The notes: a model not told the origin generated them from the letters alone. A DNA stretch of 63,171 nt, filler included, from Dicyema japonicum (GCA_011109175.1; 12 parts of 12 records of this genome joined end to end with filler, not necessarily neighbours in it), one strand, 5' to 3'. Counted from the whole stretch's first letter, positions 51,290-63,032 are shown. Numbers and translations: made by a program.

Positions 51290-51500
51290 TGGTTGTAATG
51301 AATAGGTGGAATATTCATCTGAAATATAATAGGCACCGGATAAGCGAGGTAAAACTCAAGAGAGAGATTTTTCAGGGAGATAGCATGTCTCCGCTGCTAT
51401 TTGCTCTCTGTTTGGAGCCATTGAGTTGCCACCTCAATGACCGGTTGAGCAATTATCAGTTCATTGAAAGGGGGTTTGTTTCAGTACAAATCACCTTCTT
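51290..51500 (+). mobile_element. R4 RT fragment
   Basis: IFQGDSMSPLLFALCLEPLS; highly similar to about 5180-5400. Confidence 0.8.
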
Positions 51501-52130
51501 TTATGAAATGTCTTCAATACTTGAAGGTATGTTATTCGATGTATATTCGATTAAAGATTTATTTAGCATTTCAATTAAATTGTCATTTACAAACTGGAAA
51601 GGAATCTTCCTTGTTTGACGCCTTTCATCGATTTTCTTTGAACTATTTGCATCAATCTGACTCAATAATTCTTCAAAGGTTTTATTGTATAATGCCAAAT
51701 CAGGTGCCTTATCCATTTTAATTCCAATTTTAGGTATTGTACTATTATTCTGATGACAGGAGACAAGTCTCCTCAACTCATAAACGGATTTCTTTTTTCC
51801 AAATTTAGAATTAAAATAATTGGCTATGAATGGTCACCCTCCTCTAAGTACTCGTTTGAGGCGGTCTTTGACACAAGTTAAAAGAGATGAGATCCATTCT
51901 CCGGGATTAGAAGAGTCAATAGAGTCGCAGATAGCATTCAGAGAACACAAAGTGAGCTGGTCTGTTGAGGACCGTTACTGTAATTGACTTGGGCATTAAA
52001 ATGGCCATGAACAGGCAAATCCATACTTTCTCGAACTCCATTTATTAAATATTCTGTGGACGCGTCCATGGGAATGACTTTTTCAGACTGGGAAAAACCA
52101 ACCATCATTACACCACTAGACAATATTTAT
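51470..52130 (-). mobile_element. R4-like N-terminal fragment
   Basis: Homologous to 22385-23065. Confidence 0.5.
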
Positions 52131-52819
52131 CTTAACTAATAAAAAACTTGATCTGGAAGCTGCTGGTTTCTGTTGTAATAATTTATGTTAGTGATAATGT
52201 TAAATTATATTTTTTATTTAAAAAAATATTAAGAGATTACTAAATTCCACACTAGTTTAAGAGATTACTGGTGATTCAAGATATCGCGATGATGGCGGCA
52301 TTCTTCGTGAACAGACCACTGTTCAGACGGCAAGAAAGCAGGTAAAGCTCTTTGCAATCCAAACAGATCCACAACGGTATGGATGAGGCTGGAATTGAGA
52401 ATTACTTTAATATAATTTATTGAGAATTGAGTATTATTGTGATAAAATTTAATTTCTGTTTCCTTAGTTAAAAATATTGTTTTCCTTATAAATATAATTT
52501 ATTAATTTAAATTGTTTAATTATCTTAAAAAAATTCCATCGTGGAATACAGATCCATTGCATAATTCCCTGTAGTTGTAGGTTCAAGGCATAGTATGTGT
52601 CCGAAAAGTTTCAATCGATCTTCGATAACTGTTTGATCTTCGATAACTGTTCTTCGATAACTATTACATAGGTGTTGTGATGTTTGAGCCAAAAGAGTAT
52701 GATGAAATGGATGATCCGTTGAGTACTCAAAGAGAACCATGTCCATGTGCTTGCAGTTAATAAGAAGAGACTATATTCACATGTGATAAATTCGGGTGTG
52801 GACTGTGTGAAGTAGTCCA

Positions 52820-53530
52820 ACTGAGTGAGCGTATCCTAATGCGAATGCACGACACCCTGATAGCTCGGTCAAGTACGTCTGCTAGGAAGCAAGCCATAAT
52901 AACGACCGAGAAAACACGGGCAACCCACCTAGTCACTATCAGACCTTTTTTGTCTGCTAAGTATGGTGTTAATGATGGTGGGCTAGTAAATGTGAATGCG
53001 TTGATCGAATTACAATATAATAATTTGATGGAAAAGATCAACTTAAAAGCCTTCATAAGGTCCTCTTTAGAGCATTGGACAACCCACATGTAGACCTTAA
53101 GTCGTAGACAATATGGGAAATACGGTGACAAATCACTTTGATCGGATGCGCTGTACACGTATATGCAAGACCGAAATATTTTTTGGTGTCGATCAACAAA
53201 TATATGTCTCCACTGTAAGTCAAAGAGCATGTCGGTTAATCATTTAGCCACTCTGTGCAGATCCATGCTCAGCCAAAACTACGTGTAAAGGCATAACGAG
53301 GTAGTAAGGAGTCTTCATCTTCTATGCAATATGTATGGGATTCGCCACACCAGAAAATTGCAGACTCACAAGGTGCAACCTGTAGTAGAGAACAGCAGAG
53401 TCCAAATTAAGGTAGACACTGTTATCCGTACCTCGGTGCTAGTCAAGCACAATAAACCGGACATTGTGGTACACGATAAGGAGTCTGGCCAAGTCCCTTT
53501 CATAGAGGTTGGCATTGCGTCTTCAATCGA
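52820..53530 (+). mobile_element. R4/Dong C-terminus: CCHC knuckle plus REL endonuclease
   Basis: QDRN, CLHCKSKSMSVNHLATLC, RHNEVVRSLH, KHNKPDIVVHDK...FIEVGI. Confidence 0.85.
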
Positions 53531-53639
53531 TCAATGAAATAGCAATCGTCCACGTAAATGATTACTGTCTTATTATTAAGTCAATAATCACCATGATATT
53601 AACTATTTCTATGGGAAGGCCATCAGCAGATCTCATCCT

Positions 53640-53830
53640 CTCTAGAATATTGACCATATTTTTTTATGATGCTTCTCTCTCTTCCAGAATACAGTGTTAA
53701 TCAGCAGAGCAAAGTGCGTTTTCGAGTCAGGGAAACAGCACTTGCTCAAACAGCACAACAGTGGATGGTAACCATATGGATCGATCAAACGTCCTTGGCA
53801 ACATTTTCGCTCAGCACTTACTTTAAGATC
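53640..53830 (-). mobile_element. CRE fragment
   Basis: LKVSAERKCCQGRLIDPYGYHPLLC. Confidence 0.75.
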
Positions 53831-56379
53831 AAAATGGATGGAGGGTGGTATTCTCACTTCTACGATTCTTTTGTTGATCAACACTTTTATTTACAAATTC
53901 GAGTATTCGATGTCTTTTTAGTCTTCAAGAGACGAAGGAAGACACGGATTTTACCCATAATTAAGCCACGTCGACTATATTCGTATGAAAGAACAATATT
54001 AACAACAATCACACAAAGATTCGCTCAACTTTGATATCAAAAAGAATAAAGAAAATATTTCGTATAAAAGAATAATAGAAATAACGAATACACAAATATA
54101 CACTCAAATTTGGAGTTTATTAAATAGATATGAGGAATATTGTACTTTTTGTATAGACAGTCTCGAAAGTTTAGCATATATTGGGTATAAAGAAGGCTTA
54201 ATTGACTCAAATGCATTATTTCTGAATGTGCGTTATGTGAATGGAAATAATCGACAAATATTCAAAATATGTTAGGTGGAGTCNNNNNNNNNNNNNNNNN
54301 NNNNNNNNNNNNNNNNNNNNNNNNNNNTTAATTAATTAANNNNNNNNNNNNNNNNNNNNNNNNNNNNNNNNNNNNNNNNNNNNTATTTACATGATAATGT
54401 ATTATATTTCTGTAACAAATAAATAAATAATTTATTAGTTTATTAGTTATATTAGGCAAAAATATATATTTTAATGTGGTCAACCATCTATAATAAAGTT
54501 TAACATACATGCTTTGGTTTTGTCTCTTGTGGGTCCAATATGTATTATAGTTTCATATGCTTTTTCATTGTATTTCTTCATTATTGAAAGTACAAGGTTA
54601 ATCAAACTATTATGAATGAATATTTGATTCACCAATTCATTTGATTGACTTTAATTATGAAGAAATTATGTGAATGTATTATTATTGATTATTTTTTTCC
54701 CACAGAGATTATTAATTGTTATTTTATTGATTATTGATTAATTATTTTTATTGTGATATAACCGGAGTCGAAATTTTGTGTAGAATTTATACTTATCAGT
54801 TCAATTTGTCTATATGTTCTACACACATTAGTTTTATTTTTGACTTACTTAAATCCACATATGTTATTTCAGGAAGTGTGGCATACCCAGAAACGTGACT
54901 TTCTATACCAATTTGCTTCTTGATGCTTGCGAATGAATCGATTTCCATTTTTATTATGTATTTGAAGAACCTCAATTTCAATGTAGTATTCTTGAGGACT
55001 GCCAAATTAACGTCTATAAAAACTGTCTATTTTTTGAACGAAATGTCACAAGTTGAATATTATTATTAGCACCGTGACTCACAATATAACAAAATATAGC
55101 ACATCATAAAGTAGTACTTTGTCACAAACTATGATGTCAGTTGTTTTTGAGGATTATTTTTCTTACATTATCGAAGGATGTTTTTTATGGATTTTTAAAT
55201 AAAATATTTAAAACATTAATGATGTTTGAATCAAATTTTTATTGAATAGATATTTGATTCATCAATTAATTGTGTTGCTTTAATTATGAAGAAATTATGT
55301 AAATTATATTTCCATATTTCTAATTTTGAGTACATTATGTTTGACATTCTGAGGATATGTTATCTGTCCTGGAGAGCGACCAAATTTAGTCATTTTTATC
55401 ACTCTAGAGATTTCCGGTAATATGATACGTTCAAGGTTGAAGTCTTCTGATACTTTCGAGAACATTGACTGTCTTTAGCATAATGTATTGAAATTTTTCA
55501 TTAATTTTTTGGAATAATGATCTCTAACTGAAATTTCTTATTGAGTCCCAATATTTAATTTGTTTTTGAAAATGCAGATTTATATTTGTATTTTGTCTTT
55601 TCCTGATATAGAATGTGCCTTTTAATCATACCGACTTCTTTTGTTAATCTAATTTTCGAAAAATTTTGTTTCAAATATCTCCGAAACTCAATTGGATCAT
55701 TCTTCCATTAAATTGTTCATTCATACTGTGATTTTACTTCCAAATAAATAAATGAGCAGCATTCAACTTGAATCTTGATCAAAAGGACAACGATTACAGA
55801 ATTATTTGATATATTCAATGTAATGGATTACGGATTGTGCAATTTAAAAAGAAGTCAAGCGATTTGTTGATACCTTTTGTCGGTAAAGAACTGTTTTCTC
55901 AGGTTTATGTTCTTTGTGATTAGTCCGAGAGGCTCAGAATAAATTAATTTCTCTTGAATTCGTCATTTTTGGAGTTTCAAGAAAATTTCGGATCGGGAAT
56001 TTGGCGGATTCGAAAATATCATTTTATTCTATGAACTATCTGCATTTTGTCTAATTTTACTTATTAGAAGTAAATTATATATGAAATCTCCAATCCTTTC
56101 CATGTTCGACTGATTGAACAAAAATTTTTAATTTAAAAAAATCAATAATTGATTTTTTCAATACACACACTTCATTAAATTGTTTGGTATAGTTTATGTA
56201 TTTATTTATACCGTTGTCATGTCGTGTTTTTGAATTAATATAACTTGTATTAATTGAATTTTTATCTTGGTGGCTCAGGTTATTCAAATAATTAATTATG
56301 GATTTTTAAATAAAATAATTAAAACATTAATGATGTTTGAATTTGTCCCCGTTATGTTTCGGCGGTTTGTTATTCTCAA

Positions 56380-56760
56380 AGGTGAAAAATATTGTCAGCA
56401 CTAAAGTTTCTAACGAGAATATTGCCGATGGAATCTTGTTATGTGGGTCAACTCTATTTTGAAGGACTACAAATCACTAATGTTGAGGACCTAGGTAAAT
56501 GTACTAATATTCATGAACCAAGCCTAACACTACTATCTGATAATGAGGATAATCTTCCCTGAGCTTTGTTGTATATAAAAAAACTTAAAGGAGTTACAGG
56601 AAATCTATTTTAACTCTGACTGAGAAAGGTAAGAAACTAGCTAATCTTAGATAATCGAAGTTCAAGTTTCATTCGTAGGAGCAATGTTAAACATTTCATT
56701 TATCCAAGTTCTTCTGCCGTTCCATAAAGCAGCAATATTATCGACTAAATATTAGTAACT
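56380..56760 (+). pseudogene. Possible leucine-rich-repeat gene remnant
   Basis: GLQITNVEDLGKCTNIHE and KLKELQEIYFN, plus a 22-nt GTAAG...TAG intron-like segment; frameshifted. Confidence 0.3.
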
Positions 56761-57154
56761 TAAACTCACTCATTCGGGAATACTATTGTGTATTGTATTT
56801 GTCTCATCATATGGGCGATTTATTTTTTAACCTAAAAAAATTAACCTTAAAAATGCACTGGATATCTCCGCTAACGCCGCTGGCTATATGAGCGAATTTC
56901 GCTCGCAATTTTGAGAGGGAACAGCCACGCGGTGAGGGCGGATCCTAGCTGACTTCTATTGTTTAAATTTATAAAGTTTAATGAACTTAAAAAAATAACT
57001 AAACAATAAAAATGTTTTTTTTAATTTATTTTTATTATAAAATATTTTAATAAGGATTCACTACATCTACAAAAACAATAATAGTGATATCAATATTAAC
57101 TAATAAATATAAAATTAGTGATATTTCTCTAAACAAACGATAAAATTTAATTAT

Positions 57155-58310
57155 TTCTGTGAAATTAATATTTTGTCAATTAGTTTTTATGCTGAAGAAT
57201 TGTCTCCTTCTCCCAAAACTCCTTTTTATTCTACGGGGATCCCCATGCTACGCCGAAAAAGACCTTCTATCGTTAATTGATATGGATATCCGGTCAACGA
57301 TGGGGTCCATTCTTAATGTTTGTTTTGATGATTTCGGATGGTTACAGGCCTCTCCCTGTAGCCTGCGGTGGTTTGGGTCTTTCTCTTCCTTCGGACGTTG
57401 CTTTGGGCGCCTATTTATCTTCGTTCGGCTCGTCAAGGCGTTTAGTGGATACGGTCCTTCACTCTACTTCCGGACTAAACGTACCGCTGACGCCGTCGGG
57501 AGCCTGGGATGAATGGATGAATTTGTACCTAAATGCTCCGGTCAATTGTGATAAGCAAAAGTCCTATTTGTTTTGTGTCTTCGAAAAGAAGAAAAGATCC
57601 CTTGAAAAGACGGAAGATAAGAAGGCTTGCTTGCCTCAAAACAGCCAGTTGTCACTCGACGGGGGCCTGGATGAACGCTTTCCATCTGCCGAAATTGGAA
57701 ACCTGTTGGATGATGAGGCTGTGAGAATAGCTACCTCGCTTCGTCTTGGTCTTAAATTGTGTGCCGAAAGAAAATGCCGCTGTGGACGTTGGATCGATCC
57801 TTTTGGTTATCATCCCTTGTCATGCAAGATGAGTGCGGGTCGTTTCCCCAGGCACTCCTGTCTTAACATGACATTAAAGAATTCCCTTGCCTCTGCTGGA
57901 CACCATTGCCTGTTAGAACCTGCTGGTCTTTCCGAAACGATGGAAAACGCCCTGATGGGATGACGACTTTTCCATTCGCCAACGGACGAAACCTGATCTG
58001 GGACGCGACGTGTGTTGATACTTATTCCCCGTCTAATTTGGTTGCTTCTGCTTCAGACCCAGGACATGCTTCGAAGCAGGCCGAGGAACGAAAGAGGAGG
58101 AAGTACCAGAGAATTTCGGAGGAGTATCTTTTTGTTCCATTCGCGGTGGAAACGTCAGGAATCCTTGGCCCCCAAGCAGATGAGTTGGTTCGTAAGATCG
58201 GCTCCATGATTCAAGCTGTGACCAAGGATCCGCGAGAGACTGGTTGGTTCCGAGAACGTATCTCGTTGGCTATTGTTAGGGGAAATAGCATGGCCATTCA
58301 GATGCCTTAA
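57155..58310 (+). mobile_element. CRE-clade 3' part (RT thumb plus REL)
   Basis: LKNCLLLPKLLFILRGSP, GGLGL, IGNLLDDEAVRIA...CRCG..D..GYHPLSC...RH..LN, KRPDGMT...LIWDATCVDT, FVPFAVETSG, ERISLAIVRGN. Confidence 0.92.
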
Positions 58311-58949
58311 TTTAATTTTTATTCATNNNNNNNNNNNNNNNNNNNNNNNNNNNNNNNNNNNNNNNNNNNNTTAATTAATTAANNNNNNNNNNNNNNNNNN
58401 NNNNNNNNNNNNNNNNNNNNNNNNNNTTTTTTCAAAAAAAACAAGAAATTTGAATATGAATTCCCCAAGCATAAATTTTAGTTACTAATAACTTTAGACT
58501 AATATAAGCATAAATTTTAGTTACTAATAACTTTAGTCTATGATTTGTGTCAAGTTACTGATATCTAAAGAAGTGAACTACCGATGTCTGATTATTACTT
58601 TTTATTATTATGGCCAGGATATTGTTGACAGATAAANACATAATCTTCACTCCTCCGTATTTAACCACGGTGATTCCAAGTACCGAGGTCAGGTTGATCC
58701 TCCTGGAATGTATCCAATGGGAACTCCATCAGCCTCAGAAAATTTTTTCAAAAAAAACAAGAAATTTGATTATGAATTCCCCAAGCATAAATTTTAGTTA
58801 CTAATAACTTTAGACTAATATAAGCATAAATTTTAGTTACTAATAACTTTAGTCTATGATTTGTGTCAAATTACTGATATCTAAAAAAGTGAACTACCGA
58901 TGTCTGATTATTACTTTTTATTATTATGGCCAGGATATTGTTGACAGAT

Positions 58950-59430
58950 AAATGAATCCATTATTTGAAGGTCTTAGTTTGAAGATAGTTAAATACGCAC
59001 ACATTCATGACTGTTATTTTTTTCACGCACGATCATTCCATCACTCCTTTAACACTGCATACAAAGAACGTTTTATCTTGCTTTTTGAAAAATCGAGGAG
59101 AGCAGGGTTCAAGATTACCTTATTTATTTTTTTCACGCACGATCATTCCATCACTCCTTTAACACTGCATACAAAGAGCGTTTTATCTTGCTTCTTGAAA
59201 AATCGAGGAGAGCAGGGATCAAGATTACCTTACACAAAAGGCTCGACAAAAAGCTAGATGAAGATGAAAAATTGCTAGTAATGTCGATAAGAGATGCAGC
59301 AGGAAAAGGGATCGAAAACTTTTTAAAAAGAGATGTCATCATTAACTCGTATGTTGCAGCACAGAATAAACGATAAGAGAGGTCTGCGAGCGCAGAGAAG
59401 AGTCCAAGAGTTTTCAGGACTTGCGGCATA
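58950..59430 (+). mobile_element. APE-type LINE tail fragment
   Basis: LLEKSRRAGIKITLHKR...LDEDE, homologous to 39844-40047. Confidence 0.5.
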
Positions 59431-59726
59431 AGGCAAATAACTCCCTCTTTAATTAACTCTTAAGTTAAAAGATAGTTATTTAGGTCATAAACAGTAAAAA
59501 TGTATGACTAAATTAACTGACCTACATAACATAAATTAGTCTAAAAATGGCTCTTACATAACTTTTTTGATACCATGGGAGTAACTCCTTATGTGTTCAA
59601 TGCCTTTATCTTAGACTAAAAATAAGTTTTTATTAATAACGAATTAATGAAGTCAATTGAAACTCAAAGAACTTTGTTAGGCCTACAGGCATTGAGCACT
59701 AAAATATCATAATATTAAAAATAATT

Positions 59727-59796
59727 TGGAGATGTCGGGAATCGAACCCGACCTTCAACATGCAAAGCAGACGTCATACCATTAGACCACATCCCC
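59727..59796 (-). tRNA. tRNA-Ala: tRNA-Ala(UGC), possibly degenerate; 5' half repeated at about 59912-59951
   Basis: GGGGATG/CATCTCC acceptor stem with G3:U70, discriminator A, D arm GTC...GAC, anticodon loop TT-TGC-AT, T arm TCGGG-TTCGATT-CCCGA. One T-T mismatch in the anticodon stem and a 3-nt variable loop. Confidence 0.8.
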
Positions 59797-60059
59797 GCAG
59801 TTCTTGTGAGTTAAGGGATATCTCGATCTCGCTAATTCTTTTCTATCCTTCTTATAAAGATTTCATCTTTACTCTCACTTTCTCTTAGATCATCGAGGTT
59901 GTCGTTTGTTCTACATGCAAAGCAGACGTCATACCACTAGACCACATCCCCGCAGTTCTTGTGAGTTAAGGGATATCTCGATCTCGCTAATTCTTTTCTA
60001 TCCTTCTTATAAAGATTTCATTTTTACTCTGTCATTCTCTTAGATTATCGAGGTTGTCG

Positions 60060-61088
60060 TCTGTTCTAAATTTTTAATCGACATCATTTAGATCACTATT
60101 AATTATGAGAGGCAGTGCTAACCTCAGTGTTCCCAGTATGATCTTCCCATTACGTAAAGTAACTTTATTTTCTAAAGTGGCCTAACCTTTACATAAGCTG
60201 TGATCAATCAACTTCCACTATGATCTCCGTTTGCTCAGTATTACATAATTTGTANNNNNNNNNNNNNNNNNNNNNNNNNNNNNNNNNNNNNNNNNNNNNN
60301 NNNNNNNNNNNNNNNNNNNNNNNNNNNNNNNNNNNNNNNNNNNNNNNAAGTGGCCTAACCTTTACATAAGCTGTGATCAATCAACTTTCACTATGATCTC
60401 TGTTTGCTCAGTATTACATAATTTGTAGGTGTCATGTTCTTTATTTTGTCTCATATATTGAGGATAGAGCATCAGAGTGCAATTAAAAACTAAGGTTTTC
60501 AAAATATCATGTTTTGGTAAAAATGTCAATGGACTGCGAATCCAAGTCTATAATCGCTTGAAGACAGCAAACACTGATCGCTTAACATATGAAATCATTT
60601 TCTAGAGTTTTTTGATTTGAATTTGAGATCACTGGTGTTGAGGGTTTCAATGGAGAGCAGAAAACTAGTAAGCAATTGGAAGGAAGCCATTTGTATATTA
60701 TTATAGGCAATTAGGCTATGTAATAAAATGTGACAAAGCATGTGGAAGACGGATAATCAAACTAATAGGTAACTTCTTCCATGTCAAACTTATTATAATG
60801 CATAATTATGAGTAATGGTTAAAGTGAGGGATTAACGTATATTTCTACCCCGTTTCCTCAAGTAAAGCTTTTCTATATTCATCANACTGATCGCTTAACA
60901 TATGAAATCATTTTCTAGAGTTCTTTGAATTGGATTTGAGATCACTGGTGTTGAGGGTTTCAATGGAGAGCGGAAAACTAGTAAGCAATTGGAAGGAAGC
61001 CATTTGTATATTATTATAGGCAATTAGGCTATGTAATAAAATGTGACAAAGCATGTGGAAGACGGATAATCAAACTACTAGGTAACTT
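60060..61088 (-). mobile_element. Gypsy/Ginger-type integrase C-terminal remnant
   Basis: DYLPHAL...N...TNGF.P resembles W...LP...YN...TG.SPF; heavily decayed and duplicated across N. Confidence 0.4.
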
Positions 61089-61189
61089 NNNNNNNNNNNN
61101 NNNNNNNNNNNNNNNNNNNNNNNNNNNNNNNNTTAATTAATTAANNNNNNNNNNNNNNNNNNNNNNNNNNNNNNNNNNNNNNNNNNNNA

Positions 61190-61860
61190 TGAGTGAAGGG
61201 AAGGATAGTGGAGTAGCATGTCAGTGCGTCCGGAGACATGTTTTGACCACATCGGAATAGCCAGTAAATATCCGCATTTACAGTAAAGTCTCCAAGAAGG
61301 AAGAGGTATGACTTTGTCCGCCAAGGGAGACCTGGGAAACGTATTAGCATCAAAGTCCCCCAACTCGACTCTCATTCAACTTTTCTACTTAATAAATTTT
61401 CTTGCTGCTGAAAGTTCCCACTATGGTTGCCTTTTCTGAACAGACAAGAAACCTGAACAAATATTTTTCCTACAATCTCGATCGTAAGGAAATAGGAAGA
61501 ACAGCTATATCCAAGTTCCTCAAATTGTCTTGCAAAGCTATTAGCATTTGGTCTACAAATAATGTGGATCAAAGAAACAGTCTTTTTAAGTACTCTTTGT
61601 TTATTTTGGTGTTCACAAGAATAGTCACAAATGCGAAATTAATCAGTCTAACTCAACTTACCTCACTATTGAATACTGATCTCTTTATAGGAGTTCACAA
61701 TTCACAGTAATCTATTTCACTCCAAATTTCTTTCCAATTTGGAATAAGCAGATCTAACCTACCTTCCACAAACAGCCGAAACTATCATCAACCAAATCCC
61801 TTTAACGTTCCACGATATAACCCTCAACATTTAGGAATAGTCCTTGACTACAAAGTCTCA
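61190..61860. mobile_element. LINE remnants (minus-strand APE GDFDA; plus-strand RT tail)
   Basis: ELGDFDA at 61375-61350; tail-like ORF 61402-61710. Confidence 0.4.
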
Positions 61861-62329
61861 AAGATCGAATCAAAAAAACAGTACCGGATCTCTTATTTTA
61901 TACAAAAAACGACGTCTTTCATTAATGAAAATATTATCTAAAAAATCTTTAAATTATTTTTTATGGTTAACCTAATTAAAATAATATTTATAACGTGGTA
62001 CTTTTGTCGCTATTGTTTGTTGTTGTTATCACATATTTTCTGTTTTTACAATACATAACATATTTTCATTTTATATTATTGATATTCATTCGATTCTTCA
62101 ATTTTTGTGTTTTTCTAATTTTTAATACCGGGTGTTCTAGAAATCCTGCTATTTCAAATTCATTATTCTGGTTAAACCACGAAAGTTGTATTTATCGACT
62201 GAAAATGTTATTTTACTTGTATCACTACTTTTTCCCATCGATTAATATAAACAAACAATCATTCGTGCATATTTTACACGCACATGGATATTAACACCTC
62301 CTGATTTGCTTATATTTTTGGATGGTTTT

Positions 62330-63032
62330 GTTTGCACATCCTCAGCCATCAGATTCGCCTTATTCCATGCATAATCAAGGGGTGGGTCCTTTCAACATGG
62401 AATGGAATAACTTCCACGATCCTATTTTAGTACACCTCTTTGACGACACAAACTAAACTATTGAAGTTCCCCCCGTACTTGCCTTCTTGTATGCAGCGTA
62501 TTCAAGACAGTTGTGGGCGAGTCCAATGGCAGACTTTTTCGATCGATTTTTATTTTGTCGAAATCTAGAATATTGATTTCTAATATATACCGTGAATCGT
62601 ACTCCGCGACATCATCCCCTCCTAGACCGATGGTGGAGACATCCATTTTGATTGGTGTTGTTCCAAAACCAGACACAATGAATGTCTCTACCACCCCCGA
62701 GTTTTCTTTCACTGCGATGATTTTTCAAAAATATCGAATTCAATATGAATCTTTTTTCGGAGAAATTCACTTTTAGACAAATCCTTACGAGGGTGAAACT
62801 GGTTGGGAAGTGTTCTTTCCTAGCAATAATTAACATCTGATTCCTCAATAAATCGCGTAGTTGGAATAACATCTCCGGCGAACATTCATTGAAAAGTTCG
62901 ATTTTTTCGTTTTCATCACTATCTACAAAATAATATCAATACATTCTACTTATTGGAATCTATTTCTGTTCTTCAGGAGTCCGCCGCAAGAACGACTTCT
63001 CCACGGCAATGTACACAGATAATAGTAGTACC
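62330..63032 (-). pseudogene. Divergent 20S proteasome beta subunit (catalytic type, beta5-like) pseudogene
   Basis: G|TTIICVHCRGEVVLAADS*RT (N-terminal Thr at 63029), 27-nt GT-AG intron, FIVSGFG..P, SAIGLAHNCLEYAAYKKASTGGT, VVKE/GSWK; multiple frameshifts. Confidence 0.6.

Noticed and set aside
6600-51830. Stop-codon reassignment (TGA at conserved Trp in actinin KD*LSKR, ANAPC1 ENY*, R4 RGG*P; TAG at Lys in RPS15A)
   Set aside because: These occur only in copies with other lesions, and each is one substitution from the expected codon. TGG is used normally, the intact TTC39 and CINP frames have no internal stops, and CINP ends in TGA.
50965-52536. Direct repeats of about 300 bp (50965-51272, 52247-52536) as LTRs
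   Set aside because: No TG...CA ends, PBS or gag/pol inside. The repeat looks like a REL-element 3' end plus AT-rich UTR, and the interior is R4 debris.
62117-62145. TA|CCGGGTGTT mariner-like terminus
   Set aside because: No partner TIR or transposase nearby; too short to support.
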